IMG/VR virus record: IMGVR_UViG_3300006854_000006
Location: 1-58,798 of that record
DNA from: a virus
Taxonomy: Duplodnaviria > Caudoviricetes
Reading direction: 5' to 3' (one strand)
DNA length: 58,798 nucleotides
The first letter of the stretch is position 1. The number at the start of each line of letters is the position of its first letter. Of the stretch, positions 47,017-55,605 are shown in pieces. The notes beneath the pieces are model-generated. The model was not told where the DNA came from. It worked only from the letters and a program-made list of their open reading frames with translations, and searched no databases. Made by a program: the position numbers and the translations under genes.

Positions 47017-47150
47017 TCGATTGGCTCCCGAATATCGCAGGCGATCGGCTGGAGATATTTATCGACATCGATTCCGTGCTTATGACAGCTACACCCACAG
47101 ACATCTTCGTGAAGCCCGGTATCGATCATGGTTTTACAGGTCACACACAT
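47013..47150 (-). CDS. small Cys-rich protein (not in ORF track)
   Basis: MCVTCKTMIDTG..CGCSCH; stop overlaps the next ATG. Confidence 0.5.
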   Translation of the reverse strand: MCVTCKTMIDTGLHEDVCGCSCHKHGIDVDKYLQPIACDIREPIE

Positions 47151-47157
47151 GGTTTGA

Positions 47158-47688
47158 CTAAATGACCTCCCGAAGTTCCGGCGCCGCGGACTCGTCGTCG
47201 AACATACTGGGCTGTCGGCCGCTGCGGTCCCACTTCACGGGACTGACTTTCACATTCACGCGGGGATTTGCCTTATCGATTCGTTTGACCACGTACTTCG
47301 CCACAATCTGCCGGTCATTGCCGATCACCCCGTAGCGCTGCATGCAATCGAGAGTCAACGCCTCGTCGACATCCTGCAGGTTGGTGGGATAGTAAATCTC
47401 GATATCCGCACGGACCGGCATCAACAGGCGTTGTTTCGCCTCCGCGGGAAGTTGTCCCTCAAACGCCTGCTCGAACGCTTTGGCTTTCTCATTCGGGATC
47501 GTCATCATCCCGAGAGGTTTTTTACAGTGCGGGCATTTCGATCCCTTCTCGATAGGCTGGCCGTGCATGGTCTTCACGGGCAGAATAATCCGTGAATTTT
47601 TCAAACTGTAGGTTTGTCCGTGAATCGTGAATTCGATCGATTCGCGGGACTCGTCGCGGCAGCCCAGGCCGAAGGAGAGAGCACTCAT
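47158..47688 (-). CDS. RusA-like Holliday junction resolvase
   Basis: SLKNSR, DVDE..LDCMQ..VIGNDRQIV..DKANPRVNV. Confidence 0.75.
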   Translation of the reverse strand: MSALSFGLGCRDESRESIEFTIHGQTYSLKNSRIILPVKTMHGQPIEKGSKCPHCKKPLGMMTIPNEKAKAFEQAFEGQLPAEAKQRLLMPVRADIEIYYPTNLQDVDEALTLDCMQRYGVIGNDRQIVAKYVVKRIDKANPRVNVKVSPVKWDRSGRQPSMFDDESAAPELREVI

Positions 47689-48224
47689 ACCTCACCCGCT
47701 TGTTTGTTGTGCTTCCAGAACGCCTCGAGTTGGGCGATCCGCCGGCGTTCGAGTTCATCCGCGGGAACCGTCTCGCGCGTTGTTGCTGGACCGTTCACTT
47801 CGGCTTGCGCCGTCCGCTCCACCCGCTCGACCACTTGCTTGGCGCGGGCCCGCATCTTGTCGAGTTCGCCGGGTTGGAGTTGCTCCCAGCCAGGCGGTTT
47901 GTCACCGCGATCGAGGATGGCGCGAGAGGGATCCACGACCGGCGGGCGCCATTCGTACGCCCACTCTCGAATTTCCGCGGGCGTCGGGAACACCCGTCCG
48001 AATTCCGGCTTAAAAAATTTCAATGCTTTCTCGAAACCGTGAGCGAGTTGGGATTCAGTCAGGTCCGACAAGGCGCGGATGTACAGCAGGATCCGCTCGG
48101 CCGGAATCACTTGCCCCAGCGCCATCGCTAGCTGGCCGACGAAGTAGCGTATCGAATCGCTGATTTTCTTCTTGTTGTCTCCGGACGAGTTGTTCGCCTT
48201 TGGTTTCGAATTCTCTCGGGGCAT
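47685..48224 (-). CDS. putative helicase loader / replication accessory protein
   Basis: Overlaps end of initiator gene; LLYIRALSDL..FPTPAEIRE pattern. Confidence 0.6.
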   Translation of the reverse strand: MPRENSKPKANNSSGDNKKKISDSIRYFVGQLAMALGQVIPAERILLYIRALSDLTESQLAHGFEKALKFFKPEFGRVFPTPAEIREWAYEWRPPVVDPSRAILDRGDKPPGWEQLQPGELDKMRARAKQVVERVERTAQAEVNGPATTRETVPADELERRRIAQLEAFWKHNKQAGEV

Positions 48225-48912
48225 TGCCGTTTCTCCCGTTATGGCCAAAGTGTTTCGTCTTCCGCATCCATCCCCGCCACGTCGCCAGCCAGTCGTCACG
48301 GTTTTCGCCGAGGCCGCGGTAGTGGTCGAGCATGGCCGCCGTTTCCGCTTCCAGGTTTGCCGTGATCCCGTTTTCCTTCGCCCACGCGTCCATCACCGTC
48401 GTGATCTCCATTCGCGCGGGCGCGCGCGTTCCCCCGCTCTCAGGAATGACGGAATGTTCAGTATTGGAGGACTGTATGGGAACGGGATCAGGGGAAGGGG
48501 AAGGGGAGGGGAGGGGAGTTGAACGAGTGTTGAGCGTTCGCTGAACATTCGTTGATTGCTTTTTGTGTGTTTTCCGTAACTTAGCTGAAAGTTTTCCCGC
48601 GCGTCGATTCTGCACTCGAATCTTTTCTTTAAAAGCTCTTTCACTTTCTTGTTTTTTATTTACGAGTCGCGACGGATTGCCGGACATCGGAACCCACATT
48701 TTGGAGAGCTGGGGCCACGCTTTTCGGATCGTGCTGGGGCGCTCGCGGCAGAGTTGGGCTAGCTCAGTGAGATCGGCCGGAACCGAACCATTGATCCATG
48801 CTTTGCGCATCATCCGGTGAAAGATCCCTTCTTCCTGGGACGTGAGCGCTAACGCATTTTCATCAGTCTCGAAGGCGACGACGTCGTAGGGCATGCCGGA
48901 GCGTTCCTTCAT
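48055..48912 (-). CDS. replication initiator (DUF1376/YdaU-like N-terminus)
   Basis: LTSQEEGIFHRMMRKAW..GSVPAD..LAQLC; PSPSPSPDP linker; DWLATWRGW C-domain. Confidence 0.78.
   Translation of the reverse strand: MKERSGMPYDVVAFETDENALALTSQEEGIFHRMMRKAWINGSVPADLTELAQLCRERPSTIRKAWPQLSKMWVPMSGNPSRLVNKKQESERAFKEKIRVQNRRAGKLSAKLRKTHKKQSTNVQRTLNTRSTPLPSPSPSPDPVPIQSSNTEHSVIPESGGTRAPARMEITTVMDAWAKENGITANLEAETAAMLDHYRGLGENRDDWLATWRGWMRKTKHFGHNGRNGNAPREFETKGEQLVRRQQEENQRFDTLLRRPASDGAGASDSGRADPAVHPRLVGPD
48518..48558. repeat. four iteron-like repeats at 11-bp period inside initiator gene (putative origin)
   Basis: GTTGAACG 48518, GTTGAGCG 48529, GCTGAACA 48540, GTTGATTG 48551, beside a T-rich stretch. 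Confidence 0.6.
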
Positions 48913-48976
48913 GACAGATCATGAAATTGGATGGATCACGTTCACCCCATCACCGGCGGCACCAACCGTCGGCCAC

Positions 48977-49017
48977 AAAAAACGGGCGACGGGAAAGGTC
49001 CATGAACCCCGTCGCCC
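48977..49017 (-). terminator. intrinsic terminator upstream of initiator gene
   Basis: GGGCGACGGG/CCCGTCGCCC stem followed by GTTTTTT on the - strand. Confidence 0.7.
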
Positions 49018-49185
49018 AGGGACAGAGAGAAACACTCGCCCGACTGAAAAACCTGACTTACAATGCGGGCGGCCCGGATGACCATCGCACCGGTCATCCA
49101 GGCCTCGCCAAAACCATTCACGGGTAAGCGTGGACGGCCTGACTCTCTTTGATTTCGTGCCGGCGCTCACCCCATCGGAGGATCG

Positions 49186-50376
49186 ATGCCGCGGAAGCGC
49201 ACGGGGAATATTCAACAACGCACCACAACGAGTTTTCGGATCCGCTATGTCGACGTCGACGGCATCCGACAGCAGGAAACGATTACTGGAACACGCGAGG
49301 ATGCGGAACGCGAACTGGCGATCCGCCTGGGGGAACTCGCGAAGGGAATTCCGGTATCGTCGAAACCGAACACGGTCCTCTTTGGCGAGCTCGCCAACGA
49401 TGTACTGGTCGACTATGAAGTGAACGGATACAGCTCGCTGGACGACATCGAGACTCGTTTTCGGCTGCACATCGTTCCAGTGTTCGGCAACCGCAAGGCG
49501 GCGCAGATCACGACGGCCCAGATCAAACACTACATCGTGCTGCGGCAGAAGGAAGACGCCGAGAACGGCACGATCAATCGGGAACTGGAGGCGATCCGCC
49601 ATACGTTTAATCTGGCCATCCAGGGCCGCAAGTTGCTCTTCGCGCCATACGTGCCGAAACTCCGGGAGGACAACGTCCGTGAAGGCTTTGTCACGCGCGC
49701 GGAAATGGAGCGGTTGTCCGTGTTTCTCGCTCCCAAACCACGCGCCTTTGTATGGTTCCTTTTTCTGACCGGCTGGCGGGTCGGCGAAAGCCGAAAGCTG
49801 GAATGGCCCGCGGTGGATTTCGATAACAACGAAATCCGCTTGCATGCGGGCCGAACCAAAAACCGGGATGGCCGGGTGTTCCCGATGAGTGATGAGTTGC
49901 GCGTGTTGCTGCTCGAGTTGGCTCGATTGGCGACGCCCGAATCCGGCGAGGGATCCGGAGTTCGCACGCTGCCCTATGTGCCGCTGACCGGCCGCGTCTT
50001 CACGATCGGCGAGTTTCGGAAGAGCTGGGCCCGGGCCTGCTACAACGCCGGCCTCCCCTGCACGATCCACTACAAACGGGATGCCGCCGGCAATCTGGTC
50101 ATCGGAAGTCAGCGGGGAAGTAAAGGCCTGCCGGTGATCGAACGGATTGAGGCGAAGCGGACGCCTCACGATCTGCGGCGCAGTTTCGCGCGCGAGATGG
50201 ACCGTCAAGGTGTCCGGCAAAGCGCGATCATGAAGCTCGCGGGGTGGAAAACCGATAGTGTTTTCCGGCGCTACAACATCGTCAGCGAGGTCGACTTGAG
50301 AGACGCGATTGATACGATGGATGCGGAGCGCAAAAGGGCCACGAAAAGGGCCAAAGACGGAGGAGAGGCTGATTAG
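49186..50376 (+). CDS. int: tyrosine integrase
   Basis: GGAGG RBS; TGWRVGE (R), TKN (K), HDLRR (HxxR), AGWK, RRY (Y). Confidence 0.96.
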   Translation: MPRKRTGNIQQRTTTSFRIRYVDVDGIRQQETITGTREDAERELAIRLGELAKGIPVSSKPNTVLFGELANDVLVDYEVNGYSSLDDIETRFRLHIVPVFGNRKAAQITTAQIKHYIVLRQKEDAENGTINRELEAIRHTFNLAIQGRKLLFAPYVPKLREDNVREGFVTRAEMERLSVFLAPKPRAFVWFLFLTGWRVGESRKLEWPAVDFDNNEIRLHAGRTKNRDGRVFPMSDELRVLLLELARLATPESGEGSGVRTLPYVPLTGRVFTIGEFRKSWARACYNAGLPCTIHYKRDAAGNLVIGSQRGSKGLPVIERIEAKRTPHDLRRSFAREMDRQGVRQSAIMKLAGWKTDSVFRRYNIVSEVDLRDAIDTMDAERKRATKRAKDGGEAD

Positions 50377-50406
50377 ACTCGCATAACTTGCTGATTGGAC
50401 AAGTCC

Positions 50407-50448
50407 GGCCCCGTAGCTCAGAAGGATAGAGCAGCGGTTTCCTAAACC
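50407..50448 (+). other. attP core: 5' half of tRNA-Arg(CCT)
   Basis: GGCCCCG-TA-GCTC-AGAAGGATA-GAGC-A-GCGGT-TTCCTAA-ACC, truncated in the 3' anticodon stem; lies between int and xis. Confidence 0.88.
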
Positions 50449-50452
50449 TTCG

Positions 50453-50764
50453 TCATTTCTTTGCAAACCGTTCTCTCCATTGATGCGGCAGGCCGGTTGA
50501 GGTTTTTGGGCCCCGTTGGATTTGGGCCAGTTTTGGCGACTCTCGTGGAGCAATAGGGCCCGATAAAGGGCCACGATTCTCGTCGTCCTGTACCGGCATC
50601 TTGGAGGCTTCGATGAATGCCTCCAGGTCTTCTTCCCGCACTTGAATCCGGCGCCGGCCGCCGAGACGGATCCCTTGCAACTGACCGGTGAGCACGAAGT
50701 CGCGCGCCGTCGAATAATCCACCCGAAGTCGTTTCGCCACTTCATTGAGAAAAAGAATCGCCAT
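50453..50764 (-). CDS. xis: excisionase / recombination directionality factor (MerR-like HTH)
   Basis: LFLNEVAKRLRV..GQLQGIRLG..IQVREEDLEAFI; converges on attP. Confidence 0.85.
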   Translation of the reverse strand: MAILFLNEVAKRLRVDYSTARDFVLTGQLQGIRLGGRRRIQVREEDLEAFIEASKMPVQDDENRGPLSGPIAPRESPKLAQIQRGPKTSTGLPHQWRERFAKK

Positions 50765-50827
50765 GGACTTTCAGTGAGACAGAAATCTAGCGGGGAGTTG
50801 AAAGGCGGGCTTGGTAGGCCGGCACGA

Positions 50828-50857
50828 ACTCTAGTGAATCGCGAAGAGAGTCGTCAA
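50828..50857 (-). promoter_or_regulatory. putative xis promoter
   Basis: TTGACG-18 nt-TAGAGT on the - strand. Confidence 0.6.
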
Positions 50858-51002
50858 GTGGATTTTTGGATGGGCGGTTTCACGGGGATTTCACGTCTCT
50901 GTGGATCAAAGAGGGAGCACTACAAGTTTCGTAAAATTCAAAAGCAGGGCGCGCGAGTTCAATCGGTCCATCGCGTAGGTTGATGGGAGTCTATCCACTC
51001 CT

Positions 51003-51440
51003 TCAACCAGACGACACGCGCCCTGGTTTTGATTCACTAGAGGGGTGGTCGCGAGGCTTTGACCGGATGACTTTTTTCTTGTTCTCTTCTTCTTCTTTTC
51101 GGATCCGTTCCTGCAGGTAGGCCATGAAAGCTTCGAGATCTTCACTGAAGCGATCACGCCGGCGAAGCAGTTTGGCCGCCATCAACATACCGTTTCGCCA
51201 ATGCTTCTGATCCTCCAGATCTTCCAGGTCGTCGGCGAGATTGGAGTTTGTTTTGATTATGATTTTCCAAATCTCACCTTCGGGAGGCACCGTCTTTCCC
51301 TTTAAATGCTGGTTGACGCTCGCACGACCCATTTCCAAAAATGCGGCAAACTGGATCTGGGTCGGTTTATGGCCGCTCTCCTTAAATATCTTCTCTTGGT
51401 AGTCTTTGAATTGTTTGCGGAACCAACGCTGGAACGCCAT
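51003..51440 (-). CDS. XRE-family HTH regulator (second repressor-like gene)
   Basis: TQIQFAAFLEMGRASVNQHLKGKTVP. Confidence 0.8.
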   Translation of the reverse strand: MAFQRWFRKQFKDYQEKIFKESGHKPTQIQFAAFLEMGRASVNQHLKGKTVPPEGEIWKIIIKTNSNLADDLEDLEDQKHWRNGMLMAAKLLRRRDRFSEDLEAFMAYLQERIRKEEEENKKKVIRSKPRDHPSSESKPGRVSSG

Positions 51441-51768
51441 TCCCTGGAACTTCCTCCAAAGCACGCGCGGCGGAGATCCCAGAGATAATACAGAAAAAAA
51501 TTTGTTGTACTTGTTTCTCTAACACGATTAGAGTATTTACACGTTAATGTCAGTAACAACAATGTAAGCGATCTGATCAGGCTTGGAATCCTGATCCTCG
51601 CTCCCCTCTGTGGTTTCTCTCTGGTTTTAGCTGATGACGGAATGGCGCCAAGGACTGGCGGACACGCGGGCAGGAAGCTATTGAAATGAGCGGCGCGCGT
51701 GGAGGAAAGTGGGCATCACTTTGGCCGGCCATTGCGGTGGTGATTGTTTCGCCACCATACCGGATTCT

Positions 51769-52182
51769 CTAGATCGCGCGCCGCTGTTTTCGCCCCAGGC
51801 GCGGAGGCGCGCGCGTTTCTGATTCTTCGGTCTCGAAGATTTCGGGCTTGTCGCGGTTATGTTTCCAGTTGAGAAACTCCACGTACTCTTTGAGCAACTC
51901 CACGACAATTTCGTTCCGCTTGAGCAAATCCTCCACGATCGTGACGTGCGAGTTCCGTTCGGCCCGCATCTCTGGCAACTCGATGCAGTCCTCCAATTTG
52001 TAGCCTTCCGTCTTGAAGATTTGGCCGATCATTTTGCCTGTCGGGACATAGCTACCACTCAACATCTGACTCAATTCGGTCCGATGCATTTGATGGCGCC
52101 TGGCGAATTTCTCCTGCGTCAAGGTGGGATCCTGAGCCTTCGCCCGCTCATAGAGAAATCGCAAAACATCCTTGAAAGCCAT
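51769..52182 (-). CDS. XRE-family HTH repressor (CI-like)
   Basis: LTQEKFARRHQMHRTELSQMLSGSYVP; divergent from the cro-like gene across an AT-rich gap. Confidence 0.82.
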   Translation of the reverse strand: MAFKDVLRFLYERAKAQDPTLTQEKFARRHQMHRTELSQMLSGSYVPTGKMIGQIFKTEGYKLEDCIELPEMRAERNSHVTIVEDLLKRNEIVVELLKEYVEFLNWKHNRDKPEIFETEESETRAPPRLGRKQRRAI

Positions 52183-52264
52183 GGCCTGCGATACTGCCAC
52201 AAATATGTTCGGCGAGTAAAAAAAATTTCTTGATTTAGATTTTTAAACCTGTTAAAAACCCTGC

Positions 52265-52504
52265 ATGGTTATTAACGTGGTCCGAGCGGACAGCATCCAG
52301 TTCGATATCGAGCGTGCCAAAGAACTCGCTGAAGCGCGTCATTGGGACCTCCGAGAATGGGCCCGCCGTGCGGATGTGAGTGTGCCGACGTTGCGCGAAT
52401 GGCTGCGCGGCTCCGCGACCATCAAGATCCGGACGGTCGACGACATCCTTCGGCCGCTGGGTTTGACTGCGGCGGATCTGATCCGAAACGGCAAGAAAAA
52501 CTGA
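52265..52504 (+). CDS. Cro-like HTH protein
   Basis: LREWARRADVSVPTLREWLRG; divergent from the repressor. Confidence 0.85.
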   Translation: MVINVVRADSIQFDIERAKELAEARHWDLREWARRADVSVPTLREWLRGSATIKIRTVDDILRPLGLTAADLIRNGKKN

Positions 52505-52608
52505 AACAAAGGGGCGGGGAGCTTGGAAAGCGGCGCTTGGTAGGCCCGCTTCGAACGGCTCCTCATTTTCGAACAGTTTTCAAATCAGCCCGACGGTAAG
52601 GGGATTTC

Positions 52609-54056
52609 ATGTCCGTTCCGATGCTCCCCATCGAACGCTTCTATCGGCACCAGGCCCTTTTGGAAGAGGTCCAGCGCCTCGACGAGCGGATTGCGGCCAT
52701 CGCGGAAACGCTCTACCGGATCGAGGACGGGCCGGAACTGGATCACCTCAATATGGTGTCGCGATCGCTCGGCTTTGCACTGCGTTCCCTTCGCGAGGCC
52801 CAGAATGCCGCACGCCACGAATGCGCGCCTGAACTTCTCGAAGCCCAGATGAAAGCCTCACTCGAATTGATCGGCGCATCGCCCGAGCGGATGCGCCGGG
52901 AGAAATCCATATGAAGCGCGTGCGCCGGATCAGTCGCTATGGTTCGTCGTATCGACGGATCCGCGATCGTGAGGCTCTCGAAAAGGAAGCCACCATCCAG
53001 GCCGATTTCTACGGACCCGAAACCGACGAAATCGAAAACACCAACGATACCGAACCGGATTACGGCGGCGCCTCGGATGGCAATCACGTGACGTCGGATG
53101 CGGATCCTGGATTGTAACGATGCCCAATAACAACCAAGCCTTAATCGACGCCCTGCGTCAAGCCGCGGACTTTCTCGAAGCCAAGCCCGATTTTCCGGCG
53201 ATGGGCTATCAGAATCTGTGCCTGTGGGCCGACAGCAAAGAAGATCTTCGGTTCGCCGCGCGCCAGTTGGGCAGTTTCACGAAGGTGTTTACGGACAGCT
53301 GGTTTGAACTGCATCACGAAATCACACCCAAGATCTTCAGCATTGAAGTCCGCATCTGGCGCGACCGGATCTGCAAGAAGGTCGTCACGTGGGATTGCCC
53401 GGATGAAGAGTCGCTCTTGAGGCTCGTCAGCGACGAAGATGTTGAAAAGTCCACATCCGATGCCGAACGCTGCGAGGAAGTGGGGCGGGGCGAATGAAGG
53501 ATCTTCTCCAACAGGCCATCAACGAGCTGACGCCGAGCCAGCGGGCGGAATGCAATTGGTATCTCGCGTCGATCCAGAACGATCGGAATGCCCGTCACCG
53601 GGATGAGTTTTGCGATCTCCCGTCCAGTGATTTGATCTATGCGCTCTGGCAGTTCCATGAGCGGACGCTTCGGATGGCGGAGATGACTTGGGACGACGGC
53701 TATCTCGTGAAAGGACTCGCATGAGCGACGAGCAGGACCGTTGCGCCCAGGTCGGCCAGACCGGGGAGAGCCACATCATCGAGATCCGGTCAGAGGAGGA
53801 GCGCCGGCAATACGAACGGCGTGTGAATGACCGCAGTCTGGAGAGCCGCGTCGCCGCGCTCGAACGCGCGGCCTCGACGTATCAGCTCTCGATCGCCCGC
53901 TCCGAACATCACCAACGCGAGCGGCGGTATCAGATCCTGCAGGCCGCGGCGGTCCTGGTGTCCTCCGGCCGCAGCCGATTCCTCGATTGGAATGTCGCGC
54001 TCCAGACGGCCACCGAAATGTTAACCGAACTCGAAAGGCAGGATTCCGCTCAATGA
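52609..54056 (+). CDS. run of five hypothetical early genes (52609-52914, 52911-53117, 53120-53497, 53494-53724, 53721-54056)
   Basis: ATGA-coupled chain with RBSs. Confidence 0.7.
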
Positions 54057-54691
54057 ATCGCCGGACGGAGCCTTACATCTGGGTCACCTGGATCACCGGT
54101 CTCTTGGCCGGCGATAAACATTGTGAGTGGGCGGCCTGGTTCCGGGCCAACCATCAGGATTTCCCGAAGCTCCCGCGAGACACGAATCTCGCTGTCTGGA
54201 AAGCCGAGCATGGGGAGATGCTGCGCGCTCGTGTGGAAGCGCTGAAGGCCGATCCGCAATGGACCGTCTACGTCGAGAACCAAAACAAGTTCACGATCCA
54301 CGGGAAATCCGCGGTCCTCGCCGGACAGGCGGATATTGTCACGATCTCGAAAGATCAGGCGCTCGTCATCGATTGCAAGACCGGGCAACCGCGGGACTCC
54401 GATATCTTCCAGGTCCTCGTCTACATGCTCGTGCTGCCGTTCGCCCATCCCGCCTGCCTCGGCCAAACGATGACGGGAGAGTTGCAGTACAAAGGATCGT
54501 CTGTCGTGATTCCACCACAACGCTTAACGCCGGACGTGAAGGCATTGATCCGCTCCACGATCCAACGCGTCTCCGGAGAGGAACCCCGCAAAACCCCAAG
54601 CTTTGACGAATGCCAATACTGCGACCTGGCCGGCTGTCCGGAACGGATGGAGCAGGATGCGCGGATGGTCGTCGCGGAGGGATTGTTCTGA
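54053..54691 (+). CDS. PD-(D/E)XK nuclease with probable Fe-S cysteines
   Basis: GQADIV, VIDCKTG, QVLVY; Cys near N-terminus plus CQYC..C at C-terminus. Confidence 0.88.
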   Translation: MNRRTEPYIWVTWITGLLAGDKHCEWAAWFRANHQDFPKLPRDTNLAVWKAEHGEMLRARVEALKADPQWTVYVENQNKFTIHGKSAVLAGQADIVTISKDQALVIDCKTGQPRDSDIFQVLVYMLVLPFAHPACLGQTMTGELQYKGSSVVIPPQRLTPDVKALIRSTIQRVSGEEPRKTPSFDECQYCDLAGCPERMEQDARMVVAEGLF

Positions 54692-55605
54692 TGAACGCAC
54701 GTCTGGATTGGCTCAAGGAGCGGCAGTCGATTCTCGGCGTCGGCGCTTCGGAATCCGCCGCACTCTTCGGACTCCATCCCTATCTCAGTCCCTTCGCGCT
54801 CTTCGAGAAGCTCGTCAATCCACGGCCGCTGACGGAGGACGAGATCGAAGAAGAGTCGGATGTCCAAAGCTTCGGTCTCGCGATCCAGCCGTATTTGGCG
54901 AACTGGTATCAGCGGAAGACCGGCCGCCGGGTGTTCGCGCCGCTGCAGTCGGTGAACCGCTTGAAAGACCGGCCGTATGTTTTCGCCTCGCTCGACGACG
55001 AGTACGTTTCCGAGGAGCACGATCCGGAACCGATGACGGGCGCGCTCGAACTGAAGTCGGCGATCTACTTCAACGAGAGCGAACCGCTTCCGGATTATTG
55101 GCAGGTACAAGTCCAACAACAGATGCTCTGCGCCGATCTGCGGATCAGTTCCTTCGCGATCCTTGGCGGTTTCCGTCGGCGTTACCTGGTGAACGACATC
55201 CCGCGCAACGACGCCTTTTGCGAGATCCTCATCGAAACGATCGAGCGCTTCATGGCGATGGTCCAGGCCGGCGTCTTTGATCGCGCGAAGTGGGAGATTG
55301 AAGGCTCCTCCGCCACACGCGAGGCCATCACCCGGCTCTATCGGAAACCCATCGGGACCTCCGTGCCATTGACGGACGTCGATGCGCTGCGGACCGCGGA
55401 ATGGCGTTCCGTGAAAGAGCAACTCGCGGCGCTCGAGGCGCGTGAGAAGACACTCAACAACCAGCTCCGCGCCGCCGTCGGCGTGCATGCCGTCGGCCTT
55501 CTGCCGGACGGTTCTCAATTGAAGCGCATCGACGTGAAGGGCTCCCATTACGAAGTCACCAAAGAACCCACCTGGTACTTGAAATATCAGGAAGCGAAAG
55601 GATGA
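54691..55605 (+). CDS. YqaJ-like viral recombinase exonuclease
   Basis: WLKERQ..GASESAALFG..Y.SP, ASLD, LELKS, PDYWQVQVQQQM. Confidence 0.92.
   Translation: MNARLDWLKERQSILGVGASESAALFGLHPYLSPFALFEKLVNPRPLTEDEIEEESDVQSFGLAIQPYLANWYQRKTGRRVFAPLQSVNRLKDRPYVFASLDDEYVSEEHDPEPMTGALELKSAIYFNESEPLPDYWQVQVQQQMLCADLRISSFAILGGFRRRYLVNDIPRNDAFCEILIETIERFMAMVQAGVFDRAKWEIEGSSATREAITRLYRKPIGTSVPLTDVDALRTAEWRSVKEQLAALEAREKTLNNQLRAAVGVHAVGLLPDGSQLKRIDVKGSHYEVTKEPTWYLKYQEAKG

Noticed and set aside
48919-50745. 608-aa - strand ORF
   Set aside because: Antisense shadow of int with no motifs; common in high-GC DNA.
54053-54691. Cas4 or a CRISPR system
   Set aside because: No repeat-spacer array or other cas genes seen; the context is phage recombination.
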